From positions 1-64,000 of IMG/VR virus record IMGVR_UViG_3300012952_003952: a stretch of DNA of 64,000 nt. One strand, given 5' to 3'. The notes below the pieces were generated by a model. It saw only the letters and a list, made by a program, of their open reading frames with translations, made no database searches and had not been told where the DNA came from. Position numbers and translations under genes: made by a program. Of this stretch, positions 43,397-53,949 are shown one piece after another; within the stretch, counting starts at the first letter, position 1, and every line of letters starts with the position of its first letter. Source of the DNA: a virus (taxonomy: Duplodnaviria; Caudoviricetes).

Positions 43397-45343
43397 ATGT
43401 TTGGTAATTCATCGCCTTTTGAACAACCTCAAAAGCCAATTATTCAGATTCCAGCAGACGCTGATATAGTGTTTGTTTCAGACATGTTTGTTGAAGACTA
43501 TGTTGGAGGAGCTGAGTTAACTTCTGAGGCTTTAATAGAATCTTCTCCACTTAAAGTATTTAAGTTGCACAGTAAAGACGTAGATCTTAAATTATTAGAG
43601 CAGGGAGTTTCTAAATACTGGATATTTGGTAATTTTTCTGCTATGACTATGGAGTTAATACCTTCAATCGTAGCTAATATGAATTATTCTATTCTAGAAT
43701 ATGATTATAAATTTTGTAGGTACCGATCTCCTGAAAAACACGAATTCGAAACCGGTGAACCATGCGACTGCAAAGACGATATTCACGGTAAAGTAATTTC
43801 AGCTTTTTATTATGGCGCAAAGTCTTTATGGTGGATGTCAGAAAAGCAGCAAGAAATTTATACTTCAATGTATCCATTTCTAGATGAAAGAGAAAATGTA
43901 GTCCTCAGTAGCGTATTTAGTGATTCTTTCTTTTATGCTGTTAAGATACTGAAAGAAAAATATAAAGATAATGAAAGAAAGGGCTGGTTAGTTTTAGGAT
44001 CTAACAGTTGGATAAAGGGCGCTGACGATGCTGAGAAATGGTGCATCGATAATAACAAAGAGTACGAAGTAGTCTGGAACTTACCTTACGAAGAAATATT
44101 AGAAAAATTAGCTCAGTCTGAAGGTTTTGTTTATCTTCCAAAGGGCAATGATACATGCCCAAGAATGGTTATTGAAGCTAAGTTGCTTGGTTGCGATCTT
44201 GAATTGAATGAGTATGTCCAACATAAAGATGAAATTTGGTTTGACACACAAGATCCATTCGATACAGAAGCTTATCTTTACGCTGCTAGAGAAAGATTTT
44301 GGAATTCAATATTAGCAACAATGAATTATGTGCCAACTATATCAGGATATACCACTACTTTAAATTGCATCAAAAATGGATATCCATACGAAGCCTCAAT
44401 CAAGAGTATGCTTGGATTTTGTCAAGAAGTAATTGTAGTAGACGGTGGCAGTGACGATGGAACTTACGAACGGCTTAGAGAGCTAGAAAAAGAAGATAAT
44501 AGAATCAAGGTCAGTCTAGTTTTAAGAGATTGGAAAGATACAAGATTTGCAGTATATGACGGTTCTCAAAAAGCAGTTTCTAGAGATCAGTGTACCATGG
44601 ACTTTTGCTGGCAACAAGATGCAGACGAAATAGTGCATGAAGAAGACTATAAGAAAATTTTAGACATGGGAAGAAATTTCCCAAGACAATTCGACCTCTT
44701 ATCTTTACCAGTGATAGAATATTGGGGAAGCTCTGAAAAAGTTAGAGCTGACATCAATCCTTGGAAGTGGAGACTTTCTAAAAATAAAGATTACATAACT
44801 CACGGAATTCCAAAACAGCTTCGAAGAACCGATGAAGAAGGTAAGCTATATGCTCTTCCAGGCACTGATGGATGTGATTATATACACAAAGAAACATTTG
44901 AGCCAATACCGCACGCAGGATTTTATAACGAAGACATTCATAAAGTTAAGCTTATGGCTTTCGCTGGTGATGATAATGCATTTTTAGAGTATCAGGGTTG
45001 GTTTAATAGAGTTGTAGATCTTTTGCCAAGCGTACATCATTATTCTTGGATGGACATTGGAAGAAAAATTCGTACTTATAGAGACTACTGGTCTCAACAC
45101 TGGCAAAGTTTGTACGACATCCATCAAGAAGACACTCCAGAAAATAATATGTTTATGAATAAGTCGTGGAAAGACATATCAGAATCAGAAATAGACAAAT
45201 TAGCAGAAAAGCTTGCGCAAGAAATGGGCGGCTGGGTGTTTCATTCTAAAGTAGATTTCGATAATCCAACGCCTCATTTTTCTATAGAAAGAACTCAGCC
45301 AAAATTAGCTATAGAGCACTATATGAAGAAGGAAGAAAAGTGA
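43397..45343 (+). CDS. Two-domain glycosyltransferase (GT4-like plus GT2)
   Basis: CPRMVIEAKLLGC (GT4-like); VIVVDGGSDDGTY and WQQDADE (GT2 DxD). Confidence 0.8.
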   Translation: MFGNSSPFEQPQKPIIQIPADADIVFVSDMFVEDYVGGAELTSEALIESSPLKVFKLHSKDVDLKLLEQGVSKYWIFGNFSAMTMELIPSIVANMNYSILEYDYKFCRYRSPEKHEFETGEPCDCKDDIHGKVISAFYYGAKSLWWMSEKQQEIYTSMYPFLDERENVVLSSVFSDSFFYAVKILKEKYKDNERKGWLVLGSNSWIKGADDAEKWCIDNNKEYEVVWNLPYEEILEKLAQSEGFVYLPKGNDTCPRMVIEAKLLGCDLELNEYVQHKDEIWFDTQDPFDTEAYLYAARERFWNSILATMNYVPTISGYTTTLNCIKNGYPYEASIKSMLGFCQEVIVVDGGSDDGTYERLRELEKEDNRIKVSLVLRDWKDTRFAVYDGSQKAVSRDQCTMDFCWQQDADEIVHEEDYKKILDMGRNFPRQFDLLSLPVIEYWGSSEKVRADINPWKWRLSKNKDYITHGIPKQLRRTDEEGKLYALPGTDGCDYIHKETFEPIPHAGFYNEDIHKVKLMAFAGDDNAFLEYQGWFNRVVDLLPSVHHYSWMDIGRKIRTYRDYWSQHWQSLYDIHQEDTPENNMFMNKSWKDISESEIDKLAEKLAQEMGGWVFHSKVDFDNPTPHFSIERTQPKLAIEHYMKKEEK

Positions 45344-46074
45344 GCTTACAAAAAAGCAATAGATTTGTTTTTATTATGCCAGCATTTAATGCTATCGAAA
45401 CAATTAATAGAAGCATCTTATCAGTGTGGTTCCAAACACACCCCAACTGGAAAATCATTATAAGAGATGACCTTTCTACTGATGGTACCTTTGAAACCGT
45501 TCAAAATTTAAAAGCCCAACTTGGAATTTCAGATGAAAAAGTTAGTATTAAAAGAAACACAGAGAAAAAATGGGAAGTTGCCAACATTTTGGATATGCTC
45601 GACGATTGCGAGTCAGATGATATTATATGCCGACTTGATGCTGATGATTGGCTATGTGACTGTGATATTATTACTATATTGAACCACAGGTACAATGCAA
45701 TGGATGTCGACGCTGTTTGGACTAATCATCGATGGGGCTTCACAGGCAACAACATATCTTCTTTTCTTCCAAAAGAAGCAGATCCATATAAACACCCTTG
45801 GGTTTCTTCTCATTTAAAAACTTTTCGAAAGAAATTAATAGAAGAAGTAGATGATAAGAATTTTCGCGGTGAGGATGGAGAGTATTTTAAAAGAATAGGC
45901 GATCAAGCTATATATCTTCCAGTACTCAGAAATGCCGCAGGCCGATGGCACCACGAACCGATTTGCGCTTATCACTATACGATAGACATGAATCCTAAAA
46001 CCTTTCAGACTGAAGATGCAAAGTTTCAAAGAGATGAAGGGATATTCCTTCGCACACGTGGATACGTAGAATAA
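45340..46074 (+). CDS. GT2 glycosyltransferase
   Basis: FIMPAFN, IRDDLSTDGT and RLDADD. Confidence 0.9.
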   Translation: MSLQKSNRFVFIMPAFNAIETINRSILSVWFQTHPNWKIIIRDDLSTDGTFETVQNLKAQLGISDEKVSIKRNTEKKWEVANILDMLDDCESDDIICRLDADDWLCDCDIITILNHRYNAMDVDAVWTNHRWGFTGNNISSFLPKEADPYKHPWVSSHLKTFRKKLIEEVDDKNFRGEDGEYFKRIGDQAIYLPVLRNAAGRWHHEPICAYHYTIDMNPKTFQTEDAKFQRDEGIFLRTRGYVE

Positions 46075-46078
46075 TTAA

Positions 46079-46984
46079 ATGAAATTACTAGTCAATAGAA
46101 AACCGGTAACAGGACCATGGGGTGGTGGAAACCACTTCATCAAAACTCTGCATGATAAAGCTAAAGATTATGATATAGACATTGTTCATCAGCTCCAAGA
46201 AGATCTAGATGGAATATTTTTAATTGATCCAAGGTATGATGAACTCGGCATTTCTATCAACGAAGTCATTAAATATAAAAATATTTTTCCAGACACTAAG
46301 ATCATCTATAGAGCAAATGAGTGTGATCAAAGGAAAGGAGAAAAAAATCAAATGGACCCGTGCATTAAAGCAATGGGTCAGATTTCAGATGCTTGCTTTT
46401 TTATCTCAGAGTGGATTCACAAATACCACATTGACCTTGATTGGAGATGCAGAAGAAATATTATTATTCCAAACGGAACCGATAAAAGTATTTTTAAACC
46501 ATCTCAAAGCAAAAAAGACAATAAGAAAATTAATTTAGTTACTCATCATTGGTCAAACAATTTTATGAAAGGCCACGATGTGTATGAAAAAGTTGATAAT
46601 TGGGTCAAGGATAGAGATGATTTTACCTTTACTTATATTGGTAGGAGCCATGCCCCTCTACCAAATTCAGACTTAATCGAGCCACTTTCAGGTCCAGAGT
46701 TAGGTAAGCTATTATCTTCATTTGATGTGTACATCTCAGCCTCTAGATGGGACCCTGGTCCTAACCACATTATAGAAAGTTTGGCTTGTGAACTACCTAC
46801 TTATGCGCATATAGATGGCGGTGGCGCTACAGAGTTTGTTGGTAATTCTCATGCATACAAAGATGCTGACGAGTTAATTTCTATTTTAGAGAAAAAAGAA
46901 TACCCCAACAACAAAAGATTTACTCCTAATGATTGGAACGAAGTAATAAAAGTATATCTTGAAAATATTTCTAGTCTATTATAG
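46079..46984 (+). CDS. GT4 glycosyltransferase
   Basis: WGGGNHF, IPNGTD and DPGPNHIIESLACELP. Confidence 0.85.
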   Translation: MKLLVNRKPVTGPWGGGNHFIKTLHDKAKDYDIDIVHQLQEDLDGIFLIDPRYDELGISINEVIKYKNIFPDTKIIYRANECDQRKGEKNQMDPCIKAMGQISDACFFISEWIHKYHIDLDWRCRRNIIIPNGTDKSIFKPSQSKKDNKKINLVTHHWSNNFMKGHDVYEKVDNWVKDRDDFTFTYIGRSHAPLPNSDLIEPLSGPELGKLLSSFDVYISASRWDPGPNHIIESLACELPTYAHIDGGGATEFVGNSHAYKDADELISILEKKEYPNNKRFTPNDWNEVIKVYLENISSLL

Positions 46985-46992
46985 AATTTAAA

Positions 46993-47781
46993 ATGTACGC
47001 TATATGTGGTGTTGGAAAATGGGGAACAAAAATACTAAAAGAGTTCCACAACAGTATAGAGTTTAAATACTTCTGTTGCAAGTCCGAAAGCACAGCAAAC
47101 AAAATAACTCAAGAATTTAAATTCATAAAAAGAGCATCTTTAGAAGAAATTTGTAGAGACAAAGAAGTCACCGATGTTATAGTTTGCGTTCCTATCGAAA
47201 AATTGTCGTATTTTGCGCTTAAACTCTTAGAGCACAATAAGAATATATTCCTAGAAAAGCCAGGAGCTGAGTCTTTTGAAAAAATAGAATCTATGATGAA
47301 AAGTTGCCGATCTGAAGTTTATGTAAATTATAAGTTTTTAAATCATCCAAAAGTTCAAACACTTAAAAAAGAAATCGAAGAAGGAAAGAAAATATGTTCG
47401 TTTAATATTGACTGGCAGAAATATGGTAGCTTTAACAACGACATTAGATTAAATCTTCTCACTCATATAATTTCTATTTTAAAATTTACGATGCCTAAAG
47501 AAGATTTCTACATGGAATACGCTAGTTTAAAAGATGATTCTCTGGTAGTGAGATGCTACTCTCAGAGTTGTAGAGGAAAAATATCTATTCTTCGTACTTC
47601 TAAAAAGAGAAAATTTTTATTTTTTCTCGAAGAAAAAAATGGCGCAACTAAAAAGATCGATCTGAATAGTGAAAATTTATTAAAAAATAGTGTAGAAAAA
47701 TATTTGAACAAAACAAATTTGGAAATTGGGTTAGATTTTTCTAGTGATGTATTAAAAGCGCTGGAGAAAATAAGAGCATGA
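46993..47781 (+). CDS. Gfo/Idh/MocA-family oxidoreductase
   Basis: ICGVGKWG and IFLEKP. Confidence 0.8.
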   Translation: MYAICGVGKWGTKILKEFHNSIEFKYFCCKSESTANKITQEFKFIKRASLEEICRDKEVTDVIVCVPIEKLSYFALKLLEHNKNIFLEKPGAESFEKIESMMKSCRSEVYVNYKFLNHPKVQTLKKEIEEGKKICSFNIDWQKYGSFNNDIRLNLLTHIISILKFTMPKEDFYMEYASLKDDSLVVRCYSQSCRGKISILRTSKKRKFLFFLEEKNGATKKIDLNSENLLKNSVEKYLNKTNLEIGLDFSSDVLKALEKIRA

Positions 47782-48821
47782 AAATAGCTGTAATCGGTGC
47801 TGGGTTCTTTGGAGTTACTGTAGCTCTTAAGCTAGCTCAAGAAAATCATAAAGTTACTTTGTTCGACTTTCAAGACGATATTTTGACTTCTGCTTCTAGA
47901 ACTAATCAATTAAGATTACACAGGGGCTATCATTACCCTAGAAGCAAAGAAACTGTAAGATCTCTTTTAGACTCTCTTCCAAAATTTTTAGACTACTATG
48001 GTGCTGCTGCCATCAAAGATTATGAACATTACTATGCTATAGCAAAAGAAGGTTCTCGAGTAAACAAAGAAGATTACTTAAGTTTTCTAAATTCTTTCAA
48101 TCTAGAATATGAAGAAGTTACTAAAAATAATTTTGCTATAGACTCTTCTATGGAAGTGGTTATTAGGGCTAAAGAGTCTCTTTTAGATTATCACAAAATA
48201 TACGAAATTTGTAAAGAGAGAATTTTATCTTCAAGTCTAACGCTCGAGCTTAATACCGAGTTTAAAGAAGAGATGGTTCTTTCTTTTGATAAAGTCATCA
48301 ATTGTACTTATTCTTCTATTAATTCGCTGACTCCCTGGGAAAAAAGAAGAGAATATCAATTTGAAGTTTGTGAAAAAATATGCGTTCACCCACCTAAAAA
48401 TCTACAGGGTGTTAGCTTAGTCGTTATGGACGGACCATTTATGTGCATTGACCCCTATGGAAAGACTGGCAAGTCGCTTTTAGGAAATGTCGTCCATGCA
48501 ATTCACACTTCTAATATTGGACATAACCCTATTGTTCCTGAGCATTTAAAGCCTTATCTAAATAAGGGTATAGTAAACGTAAAAGAGATTTCTAATTTTG
48601 ATAAATTTATGCAATCTGGAAAAAATTATATTGCAAACTTTGACAGGTGCGAATATTTTGGATCGATGTTTACTGTAAGAGCTGTGTTGCCGTATAAAGA
48701 TGAAAGTGACGAACGCCCGACTATTGTGACTAAGATGGACAGTAATGTAATTAACATATTTTCAGGAAAAATTGACACTTGTGTGCAAGCAGCAGACGAT
48801 GTATTGGAGATAATAAAATGA
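47778..48821 (+). CDS. FAD-dependent oxidoreductase (DAO-like)
   Basis: IAVIGAGFFG, RLHRGYHYPRS and SGKID. Confidence 0.85.
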   Translation: MKIAVIGAGFFGVTVALKLAQENHKVTLFDFQDDILTSASRTNQLRLHRGYHYPRSKETVRSLLDSLPKFLDYYGAAAIKDYEHYYAIAKEGSRVNKEDYLSFLNSFNLEYEEVTKNNFAIDSSMEVVIRAKESLLDYHKIYEICKERILSSSLTLELNTEFKEEMVLSFDKVINCTYSSINSLTPWEKRREYQFEVCEKICVHPPKNLQGVSLVVMDGPFMCIDPYGKTGKSLLGNVVHAIHTSNIGHNPIVPEHLKPYLNKGIVNVKEISNFDKFMQSGKNYIANFDRCEYFGSMFTVRAVLPYKDESDERPTIVTKMDSNVINIFSGKIDTCVQAADDVLEIIK

Positions 48822-49744
48822 AAATTCATTTTTCAAATGTAAACTTTTCTTCTCGAACGGGCCCGAACTCATTCGCTAGCAGGCTAGCTGACCAATTCGA
48901 GAAAATGAATCATGACGTTATAGAAAGTGCCGATGATCAGTACGATATTTTCTTAGCATTTATAGAGCCAGCCTCACTTCCTAGAAAGGGTTCTAAATTT
49001 ATTCATAGGCTGGATGGAATATGGTTTAAACCAGAACAGTTTGAATCGCACAACAAACTTATAAAGTGGAGCTATCAAAGAGCTGATAGCGTTATCTGCA
49101 TTTCAGAGTTTAATAAAAATATGGCTGCTCACCACTGGGGATCTCGAGACAATGTCAAGGTTATAAATAACGGAATAGAGATAATTCCAGCCCCTGTTGT
49201 GAATAAGGAACTTCAGTCACGGCAACTAGAATATGATAATAGATTTATCTGTTCAGCAAATTGGCATAAACAAAAGCGCCTAAAGAGTAATATAGAATTT
49301 TTTAAAAAATTTAGAGAAGAGCATCCAGATCAAAATAGTTGTTTAGCAGTTTTAGGAAATTCACCTGATTATGTTATTGAAGACAGAGATATATGGTACG
49401 CTGGAAGCTTACCTCATGATCTATGTCTACAGCTATTCAGAGATTCTGATTGGATGCTTCACTTAGCATGGATCGATCATTGTCCAAATTCTGTTGTTGA
49501 AGCACTGTCACAAAACTGTGGAATTGTCTGCGCTGATTCAGGAGGAACAAAAGAAATTGTTGGTAATAACGGAGTGATTGTTCCGGAAATAGAACCGTAT
49601 GCGTATCAATTAGCAGATTATGATAGCCCACCAGATATCGATATATCAAAAATCGAACTCCCAGAAAATTTAGAAATAGATAACTCTATTTTAGATATTA
49701 GAAAAATAGCTGCAAGATATATCAAAGTCTTCAAGGACGCGTAA
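48818..49744 (+). CDS. GT4 glycosyltransferase
   Basis: INNGIE and DHCPNSVVEALSQ; start at ATG 48818. Confidence 0.85.
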   Translation: MKIHFSNVNFSSRTGPNSFASRLADQFEKMNHDVIESADDQYDIFLAFIEPASLPRKGSKFIHRLDGIWFKPEQFESHNKLIKWSYQRADSVICISEFNKNMAAHHWGSRDNVKVINNGIEIIPAPVVNKELQSRQLEYDNRFICSANWHKQKRLKSNIEFFKKFREEHPDQNSCLAVLGNSPDYVIEDRDIWYAGSLPHDLCLQLFRDSDWMLHLAWIDHCPNSVVEALSQNCGIVCADSGGTKEIVGNNGVIVPEIEPYAYQLADYDSPPDIDISKIELPENLEIDNSILDIRKIAARYIKVFKDA

Positions 49745-50595
49745 TGGGATTGGGAGGTTACTTATTTTGGACTGCTGTAGCTAGAGAAATAAGCGAAAAG
49801 TCGTTTGGAGGAAATTCTCAAATTAAGTTTCTTCCAATTGAAGCATGCAACAATGGAATAATTAAGTTAATAAAAAGCGAAATATTCGCTAATAATCCTA
49901 GATTTTTCCAAGAGTTTACCGATAGTGAGTTTGCTTTTCCTTTAGTTTTAAACAACCAGGAATTAAATTACTGTAAGAGAGATACTCCGGAAAGAGCTTA
50001 TCATCGATATGACAAGCATGTGGTTGCTCAAATTTGTGAATATTACGGAATACAAAATCCAAGAACTAACTGCGAAATATACTTTTCAGAGCAAGAAATT
50101 AATAAAACAGATAAACTGCTTGCTGGTCTAAAAGACTTTGTCGTCATTGAGCCTCAGTCTAATGATGAATATTCAAAAAATAAAGTTTACCCATTTGAAA
50201 AATGGCAAAATATAACAAACAAATTATTGGCCGAAGGAATCAGTGTAGTACAAGTGGGCAGAACGACGGGCGACAAAAATCTTTCTGGAGCTATTAATCT
50301 CACTGGCCAAACTAGTTTTAAAGAAGCTGCGCAAGTAATATCTCGTTCTAAAATGTTTATATCATCAGAAGGCGGCTTAATGCATGCAGCAAATGGCTGT
50401 GGAGTAAAATCTATAATAATTTACACCGGTTATATTCATCCAAGAATGACTGGATATTCTGAGAATATTAACATCTGGATAAACCACGGTCCTGAGCCGT
50501 GTGGAATGAAAATGAAGTGCATAGACTGCCAAACTGCAGTAGCAAACCACGACGAAAACGAAATTGTCGAACTTATTAAGGAACATTTAAAATGA
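49744..50595 (+). CDS. GT9 (heptosyltransferase-like) glycosyltransferase
   Basis: YPFEKWQ, NLTGQTSFKE and SSEGGLMHAA. Confidence 0.8.
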   Translation: MGLGGYLFWTAVAREISEKSFGGNSQIKFLPIEACNNGIIKLIKSEIFANNPRFFQEFTDSEFAFPLVLNNQELNYCKRDTPERAYHRYDKHVVAQICEYYGIQNPRTNCEIYFSEQEINKTDKLLAGLKDFVVIEPQSNDEYSKNKVYPFEKWQNITNKLLAEGISVVQVGRTTGDKNLSGAINLTGQTSFKEAAQVISRSKMFISSEGGLMHAANGCGVKSIIIYTGYIHPRMTGYSENINIWINHGPEPCGMKMKCIDCQTAVANHDENEIVELIKEHLK

Positions 50596-51554
50596 TTGTT
50601 GTTACCGGCGGATGCGGATTTATTGGATCTAGAATTTTAGAAGAGCTATTCAAGAGAGGCTATAATGAGAAAGTCGTAGTTGTAGATTATCTTAATGACG
50701 ACAATGTCAAGAAAATTTCTAAATTCTCAATCTATGATTGGATGGAGCCAGATTATTTTTTGTCTAACTCACGTAAACTAATAAAAGATGCAGATTGTAT
50801 TTTCCATCAAGGAGCAATTACTGATACTACACATCCTAATCCTAAAGAAGTTATGCGAATGAACTACAACTATACGAAAAGTTTAATTTCTTCTTGCATT
50901 GTCAATAAAACTAAAATAGTATATGCATCTTCAGCTGCAATTTATGGCCATGGCGAAAATGGATTTAAAGAAGAAGAAGATTGTGAGGCGCCTCTAAATG
51001 TTTATGGATTTTCAAAATCTCTTGTAGATAATTGGCTAAGACAAAGTAAGATTTTTTCTACAAACTATGAAATATATGGTTTGAGATATTTTAACGTTTA
51101 TGGAATGGGAGAAGAGCATAAATTAGGAATGAGTTCTCCTGTTTATAAATTTTTTAATGATGCTATATCTCTAGACAAAGACATAAAGATATTCAAGGGT
51201 TCCCATAAATTTTATAGAGATTTTGTAGCAGTAGAAGATGTAGTAAACGTAAATTTATCTTGCGCTTTTGGAGAAATAGATCCTGGAATTTATAATGTTG
51301 GATCTGGTAAAAAGATCTCTTTTAAAAAAGTAGCTAAGATAACTCAAGAACACTTCTCAGAAGAAGAAGTGGATATATCCACAATAGATTTTCCAGAAAA
51401 ATTAAAAGGTAGATATCAAGATAATACCCATGCTAATTTAGTGAAACTGAGATCAGCAGGCTATAAAGAAAAAATGATCGATCCAGAAGTTGGAATCAAG
51501 AAATATCTTTTAGATTTAGATTTGGCTAGAAAAAATGAAGACAGTATTTACTAA
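50592..51554 (+). CDS. hldD: ADP-L-glycero-D-manno-heptose 6-epimerase
   Basis: VTGGCGFIGS, FHQGAITDTT, YASSAAIYG, PLNVYGFSK, LRYFNVYG and RDFVAVEDV. Confidence 0.9.
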   Translation: MIVVTGGCGFIGSRILEELFKRGYNEKVVVVDYLNDDNVKKISKFSIYDWMEPDYFLSNSRKLIKDADCIFHQGAITDTTHPNPKEVMRMNYNYTKSLISSCIVNKTKIVYASSAAIYGHGENGFKEEEDCEAPLNVYGFSKSLVDNWLRQSKIFSTNYEIYGLRYFNVYGMGEEHKLGMSSPVYKFFNDAISLDKDIKIFKGSHKFYRDFVAVEDVVNVNLSCAFGEIDPGIYNVGSGKKISFKKVAKITQEHFSEEEVDISTIDFPEKLKGRYQDNTHANLVKLRSAGYKEKMIDPEVGIKKYLLDLDLARKNEDSIY

Positions 51555-51927
51555 TGGTTGTTTCGACATTGTCCACCGGGGGCATTTAGAGCTTTTAGAA
51601 TACTGTAAAACTATTGGAGAAAAAGTTATAGTAGGAATTAATTCTGACCAAAGTGTAAGAAGTTTAAAAGGTTCAAACCGGCCGATAAACGCACAGGAAG
51701 ATAGGAAATTTCTTTTAGAGTCTTTAGTATACGTTGACGAAGTTATAGTTTTTGACGAAGAAACTCCCTTAGAGCTTATAAAAAATATAAAACCAGATAT
51801 AATTGTCAAGGGTGGTGATTATTCTCCTGAAGAAGTAGTGGGCCACAAGTTAGCTAAAGTTGTAATTTTTGAGACAGTAGATGGATATTCAACAACTAAA
51901 ATCGTTAAAAGTATTAGTGATAGGTGA
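51535..51927 (+). CDS. rfaE2: Heptose-1-phosphate adenylyltransferase (HldE C-terminal half)
   Basis: VFTNGCFDIVHRGH, GINSDQSV, KGGDY and GYSTT. Confidence 0.9.
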   Translation: MKTVFTNGCFDIVHRGHLELLEYCKTIGEKVIVGINSDQSVRSLKGSNRPINAQEDRKFLLESLVYVDEVIVFDEETPLELIKNIKPDIIVKGGDYSPEEVVGHKLAKVVIFETVDGYSTTKIVKSISDR

Positions 51928-52666
51928 AGCCTGCACAGATCGATATCATGTCGGAACATGCGATAGACTAAGCCCTGAATTCCCTGTACCTGTGTTTAAA
52001 AATAAAAAAAGTTTTGATAATCCTGGGATGGCTTCTAACGTTTTTGCTGGATTTTTAAATTTAGGAATAAGCGCCGATCTTGTATCTCAGCAGAAACCAT
52101 GCTTAAAAGAAAGATATATTGACGAAAAAACTGGATACCACTTACTAAGAGTAGATAGTTTTGACGAAGTAGAAAAACTTTCTGATTCTGAAATTAGAAA
52201 CGTAGATCTAAATCAATATTCTTGTTTAGTAATTTCTGATTACGGAAAAGGATTTTTAAGCGAAGAAATAGCTTTTTATTTAAGAGAAAATTTTAAAGGG
52301 CCAATTTTTGTAGACACAAAAAAGAAAGATCTTTCTTGCTTTTCTAATTGTATAGTGAAAATAAACGAAATAGAAAGAGCTTCACTTATAAACCCAAACC
52401 CAAAAACAAAACTTGTCACTACTTTAGGTCCTCGAGGAGCAGAATATGAGGGTGAAATTTATAGCCCCAATTTTGAAAGAAGAGTATTTGATGTTTGCGG
52501 TGCCGGAGATACTTTCTTAACTGCGCTAGTAATAGGGTATATGATGTATGGAGATGTTAGGGCTTCTATTCCACTAGCAAATTATTGCGCAGGAATAGCT
52601 GTTGAGTCTCGTGGAACTTATAAAATAACTGCCCAAGATTTACTGGAGTATAAAAATGCCATTTGA
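51881..52666 (+). CDS. rfaE1: Heptose-7-phosphate kinase, PfkB family (HldE N-terminal half)
   Basis: RLSPEFPVPV, ISDYGKG and DVCGAGDTF. Confidence 0.88.
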   Translation: MDIQQLKSLKVLVIGEACTDRYHVGTCDRLSPEFPVPVFKNKKSFDNPGMASNVFAGFLNLGISADLVSQQKPCLKERYIDEKTGYHLLRVDSFDEVEKLSDSEIRNVDLNQYSCLVISDYGKGFLSEEIAFYLRENFKGPIFVDTKKKDLSCFSNCIVKINEIERASLINPNPKTKLVTTLGPRGAEYEGEIYSPNFERRVFDVCGAGDTFLTALVIGYMMYGDVRASIPLANYCAGIAVESRGTYKITAQDLLEYKNAI

Positions 52667-53537
52667 TACTGTAATTAGCGTGCTTACGTTTTGTGATTCA
52701 GAAAAAATGACTGAAAGATATGAAATGATGAAAAAAGCCCTTCCAACTCTTGAAGCGCTATCAAAAGACCCATCAGTATTTTTAATGCTTTGGGACAATG
52801 GTTCTAGCGATGATGTGAAAGACTATTTAAAAACTCTAGATTTTTTCAACTTTCAATATTTTTCTCAGCATAATCTCTATGATGTTCCAGTATTAAGAGC
52901 AATTTCTGAAACAGCAAAAATTTTAAATGCAAAATATGTTTGCCATGTTGAAGATGATTTAGAGTTAATGGAACCTGAGTGTATTCCTTCTTTGAAAAAG
53001 TTTCTACAAGATCACGAAGACGTAGGTGGAATAAGATTATTAAAATTTGATTACTACAACCAGAGAAAATATGATAAAAGAAATTCTTCGAAAGATGTAG
53101 ATCGCTCTAATTTCATGACGCTTAGAAATATTGTAGACGGCTCATCTTTAAGCTGGAGTGATCCTATCGAAGTGGGAAAATACAAGTTCTTTAAAGTTAA
53201 TTGGCACTGGTATAATTTTCCTATATTTGCTAAATCAGATGTATTCAGTAAAGTTGTAATTGACGGTGATGTAGAACCACTTCAAGCGCAAGAAGGCAGA
53301 ATGGCCGAGCAGTTTAACAACCTAAATCTAAAACTAGCAATTCTAAACGGTGGAGTATTTAATCACTTGGGGACTTTTAACCAAAAAGGCTCTGCAAGAT
53401 TGTTTGTAAGAGATAATATGGTAAACAGAAAAGAAACAACTGGCCAGTTTCCTTGTCTTAAAGATGAAGATATAACAAGTTCTGTTGAAAATTTTAAGCT
53501 TTCTCTTAATGAGTTTTTAAAAAATGAATATTCCTAA
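52656..53537 (+). CDS. GT2-like glycosyltransferase
   Basis: WDNGSSD and CHVEDD. Confidence 0.7.
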   Translation: MPFDTVISVLTFCDSEKMTERYEMMKKALPTLEALSKDPSVFLMLWDNGSSDDVKDYLKTLDFFNFQYFSQHNLYDVPVLRAISETAKILNAKYVCHVEDDLELMEPECIPSLKKFLQDHEDVGGIRLLKFDYYNQRKYDKRNSSKDVDRSNFMTLRNIVDGSSLSWSDPIEVGKYKFFKVNWHWYNFPIFAKSDVFSKVVIDGDVEPLQAQEGRMAEQFNNLNLKLAILNGGVFNHLGTFNQKGSARLFVRDNMVNRKETTGQFPCLKDEDITSSVENFKLSLNEFLKNEYS

Positions 53538-53949
53538 ACTACAAAAACTACAGACATTCACAACTGGCGAAGGAGAAATGGTTCCAATTTATAAAGATTG
53601 GGAAGATTGGCATTCGGGTTATATTCCAAAAATGGCTTATATAACCTCCATTGCGCCAAACACCTCAAAGGGGCCGATACTTCATCTTAAGCGAAGAGGC
53701 TTTATGATGGCCTTTCGAGGAGAAGTAGTGGTAGAGTGTTTAGTGGGTGGTGAAATAAGAAAGTACGAATTAAGAAACAGCGAAAATGAAAAGTATGTTC
53801 TTATGATTCCTGCTGGAACTCCTAATAAAATATGTAATTTAGCTAAAGAAGAAGCTATAATTTTGAACTTACCTGACAGGGCATGGCGCCCAGATGACGA
53901 AGATACAGAAAAATTTAATGACTGGGAAGATTACTATGGGAAGACTTGA
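53524..53949 (+). CDS. RmlC/FdtA-like cupin (sugar epimerase/isomerase)
   Basis: KGPILHLKR, LMIPAG and LNLP; sits in a nucleotide-sugar cluster. Confidence 0.65.
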   Translation: MNIPKLQKLQTFTTGEGEMVPIYKDWEDWHSGYIPKMAYITSIAPNTSKGPILHLKRRGFMMAFRGEVVVECLVGGEIRKYELRNSENEKYVLMIPAGTPNKICNLAKEEAIILNLPDRAWRPDDEDTEKFNDWEDYYGKT

